From: Antedon mediterranea
Taxonomy: Eukaryota; Animalia; Echinodermata
Length of the DNA: 64,000 nucleotides
Direction of reading: 5' to 3'
NCBI RefSeq assembly: GCF_964355755.1
Contig: NC_092671.1
Location: 25,432,070 to 25,496,069, forward strand
Shown: positions 26,790 through 41,173 of the stretch, in pieces
Numbering within the stretch: position 1 is the stretch's first letter
Layout: the number at the start of each line of letters is the position of its first letter
Notes under the pieces: generated by a model
Seen by the model: the letters and a program-made list of their open reading frames with translations, nothing else
Database searches by the model: none
Told to the model about the DNA's origin: nothing
Translations under genes and position numbers: made by a program

Positions 26790-28230
26790 TATGCTACACA
26801 TCGATACCAAGATCATACTAATTAGATGTTTGATCCTTGGGTTATTGGTATTAATGCTACCCCCTACCCCAAAAAATGTCTTTTTATTGCAATTTTGAAG
26901 AATAATAAAATTACATGACAATGGTATTAATGCACTGCAATTTTTTTCATGTTAACACACATTTTGTTATTCAATGTCAGTAAACACAAGTAAAACACAA
27001 TTAAAATAAAAAGTATTGAAAAAATTGGAGATTTGATATTGAAATGTATCTCATTATAGCAAATATTTGCAATTTTGCAAAAGGTCAGTGACCTTTTTGA
27101 CCTCTACTGACCTTAAACATGGTTCAATTAATTTTATTAAAATTCTATATGATTAAAAAACACGAATGCTACACAACGACACCAAGATCATACTAATTAG
27201 ATGTTTGATTCTTGGGTTATTGCTATTAATGTTACACCCTACCCCAAAAAATGTATTTTTATTGCAATTTTTAAGAATAAAAAATGATAATTTGTGTATA
27301 ATGAACTGCAATTTTAATCTTGTTAACATATATTTTCTTATTCAATATGTCAGTAAGCACAAGTAAAACACAATTAAAATAAAACATATTGAAAATTGTA
27401 GATACTATGTTGAAATTTATCTATACTTTGGCAAAAATGTGCATTTTTGTAAAAGGTCAATGACATTTTGACCTCTACTGACCCTACTAATCGTCCGATT
27501 AATTTTATTTAAATTTTATAAGATTTTAAAAGATGTATGCTACACAATGGTACCAAGATAATACTAATTAGGTTTTGGATTCTTGGGTTATTGGGATAAA
27601 TGTTACCCCGTACCCCAAAAATGTCTTTTTATTGTAATTTTGAAGAATAACAAAATTATATGACAATGGTATTAATGCAGGGCAATTTTTTTCATATTAA
27701 CACATATTTTGTTATTCAATATGTCAGTAAGCACAAGTAAAACACAATTAAAATAAAAAATATTGAAAATTGGAGATTTGATATATAAATGTATCTCATT
27801 ATGGCAAATATTTGCAATTTTGCAAAAGGTCAGTGACCTTTTGACCTCTACTGACCTTAAAAATGGTTCGATTAATTTTATTCAAATTTTATATGATTAA
27901 AAATTAGATGTTTGATTCTTGGGTTATTGCTATTATTGTTACCCCCTACCCCAAAAAATGTATTTTTATTGCAATTTTTAACAATAAAAAATAACAATTT
28001 GTATATAGCCTAATGAACTGCAATTTTTATCTTGTTAACATATATTTTCTTATTCAATATGTCAGTAAGCACAAGTAAAACACAATTAAGATAAAAAATA
28101 TTGAAAATTGTAGATACGATATTGAAATGTATCTATATTTTGGGAAAAATTTGCATTTTGCAAAAGGTCAATGACCTTTTGACCTCTACTGACCTTAATA
28201 ATCTTCCTATTAATTTTATTTAAATTTTAA
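26790..28230. repeat. AT-rich tandem repeat of about 370 bp, about 4 copies
   Basis: Units start atgctacac at about 26791, 27166 and 27537, with a truncated fourth unit at about 27900. Confidence 0.85.
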
Positions 28231-28654
28231 AAGTAAGTAAAATTGAATATTGCTACTAATATTTCCATGTCTAGCAGACGCTTAGGTTGAAGATTTGCAG
28301 ATGGAAAATACAGTCCTTAAAGAAGTAACATTTTATATTATACCGGTATTATAGTACACCGGTATTATCAATTTGTTTTTATTACAGCGGTAGAAAAAGG
28401 CAATATTTTATGTTATTACATAGTTAAGATAAAATGTTTATTAGTCGGCATAGGTTTATTATTTTATTGATGTTGTTCTCCTCTTATCTTTCCTCTTCAG
28501 CGAAAATTACTGTAGAAATGCAAGGAAAATATAACGTTTTAGATACTTAGAGAGGTAGTCAAGTTTCAATTTCGATCACGTTCTCATATTATTATGGCAT
28601 CAATGAGGATTAATGAATGTTGACGAGTAATTTAAAGAATAAGCTGGTACTTAC

Positions 28655-28813
28655 AGTCCACAGATTGTGTATTATCCGCAGTAGGACCCGTCTCTGTCCC
28701 TCCGAATCTAAGAACATTTGTTCCAAAGTTTCTAAACCAGGCAACATCAGCGTCTGGGTCATCAGTGTACCCGCAGTTGTCCTGTCCGAAATCACACGTT
28801 ACATCACCAACCA
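28655..28813 (-). CDS. MAM domain N-terminal exon, distal copy B
   Basis: 159 nt, phase 1-1, intact splice sites: VGDVTCDFGQDNCGYTDDPDADVAW...QSVD. Three amino-acid differences from copy A. Confidence 0.75.
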
Positions 28814-30497
28814 CTTTAAAATCAAAACTGTTTTCATAAGTATAGGGACAAAATAATCGATTGTTGTTCATGTGTTTACTTTCTGTTTTAAATTTCTACT
28901 TTAAATGTTACATCAATTTATGGTGATGTTATACTGTACCTTAATAATCATCAATAGTATTAAATCAATAACATTATCTAGTTTTGACAACTGTAGCATA
29001 CACTTGTCCCGCTTTCGGCGAGATTGACTCGCTTTTTGATTTTAGACCCGACTGTTCCAACTTCTAGTTCCCCTGATATTCAAAATGTTTTAATCATTAT
29101 CAATTAATCAATTTTAAAAACGTCTATACCAAGCTAAACTGACTTTATGTGAACTTGATTATTTATCTTCAGCTACGAAATTTATTACCGATAAACCAGA
29201 AAATGTTTGTATTGATTTTGTTTGTGAGTGAGACAGGATATTATGACAAGCTATGAATTAGACTATTAGAGTAACAGTAACCCCTAACCCAATGCCACAT
29301 GGCTGAGAGGTACGTTTATTAAGATTGTTCGGTGTTCCCCGAACACTTTGATAGTCATGATAAATATTACAGTAACAAAACACTTAAACTCTTCCACATC
29401 TACGAATGTAGCAAAATACAACGTAGTGCAAGGTTGCACACGGTACCTTATGTGGCATACCAGTGAACCGAATTCACAAAACGCTGTCCAAGCACAAATA
29501 AAGCTTGGTCTTGTTCTTTCTCATTCATTCAGTATAATTGGTATCTGTTATGTTATAGCCTGGTACATTAACAATAACTAATTTTTCCTAAACTTGGAAA
29601 AACATAAAGCATTATTGTTGGATTCAGGAAGAATGTCCGATGTAAAAATTAGAGGCCATAAATTTTACTTTAAGAGAAACCTAAAAGAAATGACAACATT
29701 CTAAAAATCCATTATTGTTACCACGATAATCATGTTCGGCTATGAGTAGTAATAATGGGGATTTTAATGTTTAATCTGCTATGCTTAGGCCTAATTACAT
29801 CCGAAGCTCGAAGCCAGTCAGTGTAAAAATCTAACAATTTAAAATGTTTGATCGACTAGAATAAACAGATGCACCTCTTAATGGCTCAACGATTAAACTA
29901 AACAATCAATTCAATAGTTGATAAATAATAAAATAATAGATTCGTGCTTTACAATTTTCCTTGTACATTAGCTGCTTGTGAACAAAAATCTTTCCTGTTT
30001 TAGTAATTCCAGTCCATTCCGAATAATAAAACGACTTCTTCGAAACTTGAATGTATGGAATGTATCTTATTTTCAAACTTTTGCATTTGTCTCATTCATT
30101 CAGTCATCCATTTTTGTCTTGCTGAAAAGGAAGGGTATTCTATATTCCTCCCCTGAATTTATAGCCTCTCTACCCGAACACAAACAAACATTTACATATT
30201 TTAATTAATTGTATTTTTTAAATGTAAATGAAGGCAAATGTGGTTTTAACATCGAAATCAATCATCTTATTTATATACAGTATAAGCTATATTAATTTAT
30301 TAGACCTACTTTTAACACTGTATCATATAAATGAGAGAAAACAAAATATTAAATATATATATATGAATTAATGTTCTTTGCCTGATTTGTTTATATATAT
30401 ATATACATATACAACAGGCACAGAACATGAATTCTAAACCGACCGGTGATATACTGAAATTTAATTAATTTGAAACGATAAAGAAATATGTGAGAAT

Positions 30498-30569
30498 GAG
30501 AAACCGAGATTCAAACCCGGAACCTTCTGCCTGATGTGCAGGTGTCCTAACCATTAGACCACCGGGGCT
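30498..30569 (-). mobile_element. tRNA-derived SINE head or tRNA pseudogene
   Basis: Minus strand reads GCCCCGGTGGTCTAATGGTTAGGACACCTGC...GGTTCCGGGTTTGAATCTCGG. It has an A box and a degenerate B box, but the acceptor stem does not pair. Confidence 0.6.
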
Positions 30570-31163
30570 TTCATGGTATTTTTCAAGCTCGATTGGACTC
30601 TCTATAACAGAGTATCATAATAAAAGTGGGAGGAACCAACACAAGACAATAACAAATGTATGGGATGTCTGTAAAAAGGAGTTTAATTGCCACTGTCCTG
30701 TGGTGGAAATGCTCATGTAAGTAACCGTTTGTACCGCCCAGTCCTCTCGCCACCAACCACCAGAGAATAAAATGGCTTACCCAGATTACCCCCTGATTTG
30801 ACCATTTCTACACACACTAAATCATTTAAAGCTCAAACAACTGATGAGAGCCGATACATGCTTAAGACAAGCATATCGAATAAACTTTTACAAGATTTTA
30901 ATTATTTTATTAATTTAATTATCAACATGATTTTAATTACTTTTATTGTATTTCATAATTTAATGTAATAATCTTAGCAACTGTAATTAATTAAATTACA
31001 TATTGTTTTGATTCATTTTTCTTTTCTATAGTGTAATTTTTCATTCCTTCTTTTTTATTTTGTAAAATTGATGCACCATTAATTTATGTGTGCCACCGAT
31101 ATAAAGGTTATTGATATTGTTAAATCAACTTTCTAATAATCTTTGATCGGACTATTAGCTTAC

Positions 31164-31215
31164 CTTCTGACGATGACACCAATAAACATTGAACCACGAA
31201 CAGCATTTTCCACAT
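31164..31215 (-). CDS. Signal-peptide exon, distal copy B
   Basis: MWKMLFVVQCLLVSSSE followed by G|gtaagc (phase 1). Paralogous to 26012-26072. Confidence 0.7.
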
Positions 31216-33800
31216 TATTAATCTTCTCGGTTTGTAAAAACAATAAATAAAAATAATCACAATTAAGCTTTTCTTTACTTATCACGTATAATAGGCCTAT
31301 TGCTTTAAAGTACAAATATCTATAATGAGATCGAAAAGTAAGTGTTCGGTTTTTATTTGTAGAAATAATAATAGTATTTATACATCGTCATTCAGCTCCG
31401 TGAATCTCAAGTCACGTGGTAGGCCTACTGTAAATTGTCAGACCGCTTGTGGAATGATCATCACCATGCATGAGTAAAGTAATATAGAACAATCGTTCCC
31501 TGGTATCGCTTCATGCGACGCATGCGTAGCAAACAAATGAAAATACCAGAACACTAAATTAACTTGGTTATTTAAAGAACAATTACGAACATTTCCTACA
31601 ACTCGGATATCGGTGTTTCACTCGACTTAAAACAATGGTTCTTATCATTAATTCTCCCAATGTAATTGTATATACTATTCCCCACAATATACTTCGATGC
31701 TTTATGAATATATTTAATTTGATCTTTATTAATTTGCAGTATAATTTTTATTTTGCTAACTAGATCCCTTCACACGCGCGGTCCAATAATACACAAAATC
31801 TAAAATGGCTATCGCCACCAACGGCCAACTTAGTATAAACCAGGAAGTTGCAAGGTTAACCCGTGAACTCACCATGAACCCGGAAATTACTTCTACCGCG
31901 CATGGTTGGAAATGTACCGATGACATTAGGAATTTTGTTTTCAAAACCCTTTATAATATCTTCCTAAAATAGAAATATGGAACAATATCGTAATAGTGTT
32001 GTGCTCGCCTATGTCGCCAGAATTAAGCACAACCTATATAGATAGCATAACTTCCAACATGACTATACATTATTCATAATATTTTAATGATTCATAAATG
32101 TGTGTGAGGATGGGTGGTTGTATGTGTGTGTTTCTGTACCGTATGTCATTAGACCTACAGAAAGTAAATAAACCTAAATAAAAAAATCAACTAAAGGTAG
32201 AACTTTTTCAAAAAACACTTGCGTCAGTCCATCAATTAATAATACATATAATGGCATATCATTCTTATATAGTATTGCGGTAAGGAGATTGAGTGTTATG
32301 CGAGATGCAATAGTTTCATCATTCACCTCGTTTTACCATTACACGAATATAAAACATTAATTGTTTGTTTTATAATAAACATCTAAATATACTCCTGTCA
32401 TTTGAATTAGATTGAATAAAAGATAGTCCTATAGGCCTACATTTTATTTACATTGAAACAGTAACATTTTATTTGGTTTTTAATAATATTAATATTATTA
32501 AATATTATATTTATTTGGATTTTATAAACACACCTACTGTAATTTTAATTATGTCATCAAACGACCAAACAATCCTACGCCTAATACTAACATCCTAGCT
32601 AGGCTAGAAAGGCAGCGATACCATTACGAAACTTCGACAGGCAACTGGAACTCATCTAGCATAATTCTCATTTTGTTCCAACAATTCCACATCTTGTAGA
32701 GATGTTCCCATTAGTTAATCAAATACATACAAACGATCAAAAGCTAATTTAAATGCTTTTTTTGGTCTAAATTAGTACATACAGTATATTTCTCAAAAAA
32801 TGAACTTTTACCAGTCATCACACTCAATCTTTGAAGCGGAAGTACAAAATAGGCGGCCCTATTGTATTTAAAAGGAAATAGTATAAAAAAAAAAATAATA
32901 TTTTCCAACCGAGAAAAGATTTTTTTTACTTACGCGAAAAAAGTACTATTGAACGACCGTTGAATAGTGCGTACTATTGCACGCCATGTGACTCACAATC
33001 TAATCAAATGACATGAATTTATTTAGGTGTTATAAAAATGAATATGAGATAGAGAATTTAGTTTGCAGGCCTATTGAAAGTAGTATTCGTACTGAATTGG
33101 AAACGTTTGAAAATTCCGCGACGTGTTCTGCCAGTTGAGATGTTGCTCCCTTGTTGCGTACATCACAAAAACGGAAATTACGAATACCGTATCACTTGTG
33201 ATGACATTAAGCTTTGCTTCCACTAGGGCGCAATGCAAGCAAGTTGACAAGTGAAAGTTCGGATGATCCATCGGGTCGTGATTTGTCAAATTACTAACAC
33301 AAAGTGGGCCAGAGTTTGTTCAAAGTGTGCCAAAAGTCTATACGCATGAATAAATACTGATTACGTTAATTTTTAAAGGATCTAAGAGGTTTTCAGACCC
33401 GTAGAATTTAATGGAAGTATTTTTAAATAGGTATGACGTAATACAAAATGGTGTTTTCTGATTGGTTAAGGCGATTGTGCTTGTAATTCTTAAGTCAATT
33501 AATATTACATTCACTATTGAAGGTGTAAGGGTTTCTATTAACCAGGGAAGCGTGAAATTAAAATTTCCCTCTTCCTTGCTACACCCAATAAATCCAACTG
33601 GAACATTTTCTTAATATATCAGACGTCATAAAATACTAATTTTTGATTGGATGACTTTAATTCTCATTGCAATCATGTGTGATTAATTTGCATCCATGAT
33701 TGAAACGTACTTAAATTATTTAAAGATCCACAAAGTTCAATGAAACCATCTTTTTAATGTTCAGTATTATGTCATTTAGAAATACTATTAATTATATTAA

Positions 33801-36800
33801 CTAGATGGTACGCTCGCTTCGCTCGCGTACCATCTAGATCGTGCCCACAGATGGTTCTCGAATACATAATAATTTCAGCGTTAAAAAACTGGCGATTTCA
33901 AATGTACGTACCGCAGGACAATAATACATGTCGGTTACAGGAACGAATAAAATAGACACTGTGATTTATGTACTCAACTAAAATTAGCACCCTGGGAATT
34001 ACTTCCGAAAGAGAAACTTGTCACAAAATGAGACCAATTGTTTAAGTCAAATTTAAACAAACTTAATTTGTGTTTTGTATGTAACATTAGGGTTGAGGGA
34101 TGGGGAGAGGATGGGTGCAAAGAGGAACACTTTTTAAATATATTCTTTTTCCATTTAGTAACGAAATATTAAGAGCCATTGTCTGTAAGAATCAAAGAAA
34201 TATCAAAAAAAGTGGCAGACTCAAAAAAATGGATTTCTTTCAAATTTTGCACATGGCAATATATATGTTGAGAGAAATCAAATATGAAGTATTTTTTATT
34301 TCACACGTATATTTCCATGGCAACGGCCAAATTTGTGTTTTTGACAAATTTTGTCCATTTTTAAGGTTTTTTAAAATGGATATTGGTACTACTTTGATGA
34401 ACGATATTTTTGTGTTGTTCATTTAATTATAAAAAATAATTAGTGTATGCATAATAACAATGCATTGTGTACCTGTTTCAAATTTTTTTATTTTTTTTTA
34501 TTTCATACTTTGGGAGATACCATTTATTTAAAAAGGGGTGTTTTTCACTTTTTTTAAATTGTTCAATGCAACTAAACTTTACTTCACCATAACGCCCAAA
34601 GTGGTGTATTTTTTTAGCTGATTTATTACAAATAGGTAGTTCTAATGTTTAATAATTGATTTCTAAAATAAAATACTGGGGTAAATTTAAAATCTACAAG
34701 CAGTGTTGCGAGAAACATAGGCATTTTTATAAAAAAAAAAACATGGTATATTAGTAAAAACATTTTATTTTCTTTGATTATTTGATTTGAAACTCATTGG
34801 TCAGAAAAATTCTTAATGTTTTATATAGTTCTAGTTGTGTTGTGAGAAAAAAAATTAATTTTTAATTATAGATTCTGTAATTCCCAGTTTTAATGTCATT
34901 TTATATGTTATATCATCTGGAAATTTGAATAAATTATCAGATCGTTGTGAATTTTAATCTTTGCAACAGATTACTCCTCTCTTATTTTGAAGCTCCTCTT
35001 TCATTTGTTTACTTCTTTTATTTGCTAACCTAAGCAGATCCCACATGCCCATCCACCACCACTTTCGACTACCAACCCCCTCCCCCCACCCCGACTATAA
35101 CCACAAAAAGATAAACTGCAACACTTTGGTCGATCATCCACTATAGAGTGTCAAATGCATGCATTCAAGCACCACCCACACTGCCGCTACTATCGCCCCA
35201 ATGAATAGACGGATTCAAACTCCTCCATCCCACTCCATCCCACCCCTCCCCCTTTCTCCAAGCCCCCACCCACCCCAAGTTAAAAATTGCAATGCAAAAG
35301 ATAGGACATAAAGTTAAGTTTTTAGACCCTCGCCTTCAACCACCTAACTATTTAAAAGTCCTGGATCCACCACTTTCCCCTCCCCAAAATAGAACCAATC
35401 AAAATTCAATGATATACTCAGGTATGTTAATGCTACATAACAAATATTGAAGCCCTGATTTGAAATTTCATTTCATTTAAGGTCAGCATGTAAAATATCA
35501 CACTTTATTATTAAATATTGGTTTTAAATTCTATATTTTTTTTACTGTGATGGTTGGATTCAGTATTAATTAGTAATTAATAATTATCTGATAATTATTT
35601 AATTTCCCTTAGTTATGCATAGCAACAGTTACTATGGTAACTAAAAATGAGATATTCTTTAGATTTTGCATATTTATCTCATACAAATTTAAATTTGTAG
35701 ATTATTAGCAGGCATGCCTTATTTGCATTTTCAAATTACCGTTTCACAAGGTCATATTCGTAAGCACTTTCTTCTGTGATTATTTTTATTCATGAAAACC
35801 CCATATTTTATTTACAGCGGCCACCTCCCTTAACGGACGCACTTTGAAAAGCCTGTTTGTTCTTCCTATCTAATTAGTGCATTTGGTGCTTACCGTAAGC
35901 AGCTGCGGGCACCTTTTTATACTAAAAATGAGATTTTTTGTAAGCGGCCAATCGAAAAATGTGATACTTATTGCATGGACCTATGAATTAGAGGTGCATG
36001 TTTATTGTATTTCTTTATATATTAGCTTTATTTTGAAGAGGTTTTAAAACATTACTGTGAAGAGATGAGAAAACTACACAGATTTTGACCGACCATTTTT
36101 CATATAATGATAAAAGTTTTTAAAATTTGTCTGAAAATATGCTAAAACATACTAAACCACCTGATTATAAATAATAATAGGCCTACAATTAGCTGGAAAA
36201 TTGAAACGCTCGTTTCGTTAAGAATATCGTATATAGCCATAATAAGTGATTTTGGTCCTTTATCGGCAGAACCTCCCGTAAGGGGTCACCGCCCGTAATC
36301 GGCCACTTTACCAGGTCCCAAGGGTGGCCACTTACGGGAGGTTCAACTGTATTTAAAAAAACAATTATCCTTAGTTACGCATAGAAACATGTTCTAAGAT
36401 AACATAAATAATACATTTTGACATAACTTGACCCAACAAATGACCCTTTCACAAGGTCAGACATTTTCTGGGATTCAGTAGATAAGTAAATTTGGGAAAA
36501 GGTAGTAAAGCTATGTAATCAATTGTTTGTAGTCATGAAACCCCATATTAAAAATATTGTACTTAGTTACGTATAGAAACAGTTGCTACAATACACTATA
36601 GGTAAAATGTTGATGTCATTTGACCTCAATATGTAAAATTTTTTTTTTTTAAATATAATTTGTTACGGAAACAGGTTTAAGATAACACTAAACGCTTTTT
36701 TACCTTTATTCAGATTCGTCAAGACTTTCTTTCTGAGATTATTAGGATTCAGTATTTAAAGTAAATTTGGCAAAAGTAGAAATGTAAAACTATGTAGAAA

Positions 36801-39800
36801 AAATGTTTTGTATTTATGAAAAACCCCCTATTTTTTTTAAATTTTCGCATAGAAACAGTTACTATGGTAAAATGTTGACCTCAAAATGAATGAATTTACA
36901 AGGTCAAGTTTGTCATTAATGGAATGCAGTAGAAGTCAAATTGAGAAAAATTACAAATGCAATCAATTCTTTGTATTTATAAAAACGCCATTTTTTACGT
37001 TTTTTTAAAAATTACTTTCCTTAGTTACACATAGAAATGGTTGCTAAGGTAACACTATATGTAAAATATGAAAATTGTTGAGAATTGTTATGAACTATCT
37101 TGTAAATTTTGATCAAACATTAATAGTTGTAGTAAAGTGGGGACCTGTCCTGTTCTGCATTCTGACCCCTTTTGACCTCAAATGACCTATTTACAAGGTC
37201 AGATTTTTTGGGAGGTCTTTCTGTATCTCTTTACACAAAATAGATTTAAAAATTTATAAAAACCATTGACTCAATTATTTCCAAGTTTAACATTATTTTC
37301 CATCAACTAAATATTTCAATGCAAAATACTGTTTTTCTGGCAATTAATTGAAATAAACCTGGCAACACATTCTCCTATTTTATCTAAACTATTCGTATGA
37401 CTCTAGTAGCATTATGACAAGCCATATATACATTTTATTATTGGATTAGTCATATTTAAATTGTGTTTCATGTGTTTTGTTTGTTGATATTTTGTTATAT
37501 TTTTGGTATTTTTCATATTTTCCTGGCAACACAAAACCTATGTACGAAATTTACCCCAGTATTTTTTTCGTGATTATTGTTGACAAACCTATTGACTATC
37601 AAATTAAAAAACCTCATTGATTTAAAAACACCACTTTGGAAGTTATAGGTACGTTTATGAGGTATACTTTTATAAAAAAAATATTTTTTAAAAACACCCC
37701 TTTTTAAAATAATGGTATCAACCAAACTCCATTTTGTAATTTATTTTTTTTCTACATTAAATGGAACTCAATACATGTTGTTTACACTGCTATAAACAAA
37801 AACTGTATACTGTAAGTATTTTTGGTTAGAATAAGTATACAAGTTTGTACTTTTTCACTATAGAAAATCTGTGAAAAATGGCAAAAACATCAAAATTTGG
37901 ATAATTGACCGTTGTCATGGCAACGGAGGCTAAAAATTAAAATGAATGTTGTAGATATGCTTTTTATTGAAATGTCTATTCATGGTAAAAATTTGAGAGA
38001 AATCCATTTTTTTACATCTGCCACCAAATCTTTGATTTTTACAGACAATGGCTCTTAATTGTTTTCATGTTTTACAAATAATATACCACTACACACAGTA
38101 AAACATTGCGATTTAATACTTTGTTGAAACTATCACCGTCATAGTCGATTGAAATAGTACAGTACATGTAACGATACATCACTACAACGTGTATATGTTT
38201 ATATAATGTAAAACAATTTGTGAAAACCACCTCTATTCGGGGGAAAATCATAAATTCGATTTAATCGTCAATAAATATTTAATTATCTAACTCAACTTAA
38301 TTAGTAGGCCTAATGGTTTTCAATTGTTTCTTAGAGCCAATTCATACTTAAGTTGGTTCCTACCCTACCCACCAAAGTTGTTCTGCGTTTAGGGCATGTG
38401 ATGTACCGTAGGCCTATCCTCTACTGGTTTTACAACGCTACTCATGCCAGTGAGGGAAGGGTGATGATGTGGGTGGTTTAACTGCAATAATAAAGATGTG
38501 TACATAATATACGGCGAGTGAAAACGCTAGCTCATAATATCCGTTTAAAAAAAATTATATCCAACCTCTGCAGCACAGATTGAAAAAAAAATGGATCGAA
38601 TTTCTGTTATGAGTATACAGTACTTGCCTTTACGACGCCTGTGGAACAGAGATTGGAATGTTCCATTCATCGCAAATCAATACATTTGTATAAACGTATA
38701 TATTATATTAAATCTATCAAAATAGTATTTTTTAAAGAAAATCGGCCTGTCTTCAACATTATGATGCTGTACTCGAGCTGTTCCACCGGTTTTCAGACAT
38801 TAAAAACAATTATTGTAGGAGGAGATAGGAAAATGCGAAGCATCCTCGCATTATTGTCTGCGGGTATTTTTCAAGACGGACATCCATTAAAAAAAACACC
38901 CCTATTTGAGGCAAATCGTTGAACCTAAATTCGTTTTAATCGTCAATAACTAATTATCGAACTCAATTTAATTAGTAAACAGGGTTACATCAGGTGGTTA
39001 AAATCAGTACCAAAAGTACGAACCAACTTTATATACCATTGAGAAAACATTCTAGAAATAACGCGCGATTTACCGAATTTTGCCCTTACGTAAATTTACT
39101 TTGAAGCACTCGCTTTGCTCGCGTACCATCAGGTCGTGCCCACAGATGGTTCTCGAATATACAGTAATTTCAGCGTAACATAACTGGCGATTTCAAATGT
39201 ACGTACCGCAGGACTATAATACATTGTCGTTTACAGAAACGAATAAATAGGCACGCTGATTTATGTAGTCAACTAAAATTAGCACCCTGGGAATTACTTC
39301 CGAAGGAGAAACTTATCACAAAATGAGTCCAAATTTTTTATTTGGACTCATTTAAAGAAACCCAATTTGTGTTTTGTATGTAACATTAGGGTTGAGGGAT
39401 GGGAAAGCGGATAGGTACAAAGAGGAACATTTTTTCAATATATTCTTTATCCACTCAGTAACGAAATATTTTTTTCATGTTGTATAGGCCTATATTCTAT
39501 AAATAATATACCTCTAAATACAGTAAAACATTTGCGATTTAATACTTTGTTAAACTGTCACTGTCATAATCGATTGAAATATTAAAGTACATGTCACGAT
39601 ACACCACTACGACGTTTATATTATTGGTAATTATTAATTAATACAAACGTTGAGAAGGAACAGTCAGTATAAAGTTTATTTGTATAATAATAATGTGTTT
39701 ATATATCTAACAGTAGAGCCTATCCACAATGTCAGTAATAAAGTTTATTTGTATATATTTTTATATTACATCTAATCTAATCTATAATAGGTATTTACAG

Positions 39801-40385
39801 TATTGTCAAAGTATTGCAAGTTTATTCTCAAAGGGCCCATATATTTACCTACCGTATGTGTTAAACCAAGGGCTCATAAATTTACCTACTTGTGTTAAAC
39901 CAAACTTTGGCAGACTGAGAGATTGGGATGTTCCATTCATCGCAAATCAATACATTTGTATAATCGTATATTAAATCTATCAAAATAGTATTTTTTAAAG
40001 AAAATCGGCCTGTCTTCAACATTATGATGGTGTACTCTAGCTGTTCAACCGGTTTTCAGCTATTAAAAACAATTATCGTAGGAGGAGATAGGAAAATGCG
40101 AAGCCTCCTCGCATTTTTGTGGCGGGTATTTTTCAAAATGGCATCCATTAGACAGTGTATACCACGATCGGAAAACACCCCTATTTGGGGCAAATCTTTG
40201 AACCTAAATTCGTTTTAATCGTCAATAACTAATTATCTAACTTAATTTAATTAGTAAACAGGGTTACATCAGGTGGTTAAAATCAGTACCGAAAGTACGA
40301 GCCAACTGTACATACCATCGAGTAAACATTCTAGAAGTAAGGCGCGATTTACCGAATTTTGCCCTTACGTAAATTTATATATAGA
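33801..40385 (-). mobile_element. Two tandem non-autonomous Helitron units
   Basis: On the minus strand it starts A|TCTATATA (40385) and ends with the hairpin GATGGTACGCGAGCGAAGCGAGCGTACCATC running into CTAG|T (33801). The unit junction is at about 39100. Same family as 4121-5104. Confidence 0.75.
34173..38054. mobile_element. TTAA-flanked non-autonomous DNA transposon with long imperfect TIRs (Kolobok-like)
   Basis: TTAA|GAGCCATTGTCTGTAA ... TTACAGACAATGGCTC|TTAA, with inverted similarity extending about 400 bp. The corresponding uninterrupted site is visible in the second Helitron unit near 39470. Confidence 0.75.
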
Positions 40386-40419
40386 TATTGAAAATAGGGT
40401 TTTATTGCATGTTACAAAT

Positions 40420-41128
40420 AAGGGTTTAAATTACTGAAATATATCACTTATGTTGTCAACTCGTGATATTTTCTTTGCATGTTTTCGTCGATAAACTCCA
40501 TTGTCTTTGTTCCTTGCTTCTTGAGCCTCTTCGCTCACCACACCTATCGCTAATACAGAACACGAAATGATTGATAACTAGAAGAACATGTACACTCACT
40601 GGCATTTTATACCGTGGATAGAGTTATATATAATAAAACTCTGCTGTTTTTCGGCAGTAGTCCCAAATTGTAAAGCCCGCAAATTTCAGCGAAAATCTCC
40701 TTTTCCTGGAAAGCTCTGCAAACTGTGTTGCCATCGTTTTCTTAAACCTTGTTTAGGGTAATCTACCTTCAGTCCTATTTCTTCTTTAAACCGTTCGTGT
40801 ATTTTTTTTCACTATTAGACGAAATACGCCACTTTTTTACTGGCATTCTGTACCCAATATGAATTAGCATTTCAAAGCACCTACTCCATTTGTGTAGTGG
40901 CTTCTTCGCTTAAAGATGGGAGTCATTAAACTGTTTTTGAGTAGCTCCACATATATAACATCGCATTGATTACTTGGTTTCAGTCAAATCATTCACGACC
41001 TTTTTGTCAATCATGGTGAATTGTAAATTGTAGTGTATTTAGATGTTGTCTTTTCTGTTTTCATCTGGAGCCAGTTCATAGTTAATATCAAATCATATTT
41101 TCGTTGGTTGCAGCTTCTTTATCTCATC

Positions 41129-41173
<45 letters not shown>

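Noticed and set aside
30498-30569. Functional tRNA gene
   Set aside because: The acceptor stem does not pair and the T-loop is mutated (GGTTTGA), so it is better explained as a SINE head or pseudogene.
31756-31944. 62-aa hydrophobic ORF as a membrane microprotein
   Set aside because: It has a non-ATG start, runs through a strong donor site and has no other support.
38641-40218. Similar short ORFs at 38641, 39729 and 40024 (and 4493) as a gene family
   Set aside because: They lie in copies of the same non-autonomous Helitron, and the frames are not conserved between copies.
33340-40400. RAG2-like gene inside the Transib TIRs (ProtoRAG/RAGL transposon)
   Set aside because: The interval is explained by Helitron and TTAA-element insertions plus about 500 bp of non-coding sequence. 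No kelch or PHD remnants are visible, and the transposase motifs are Transib-type.
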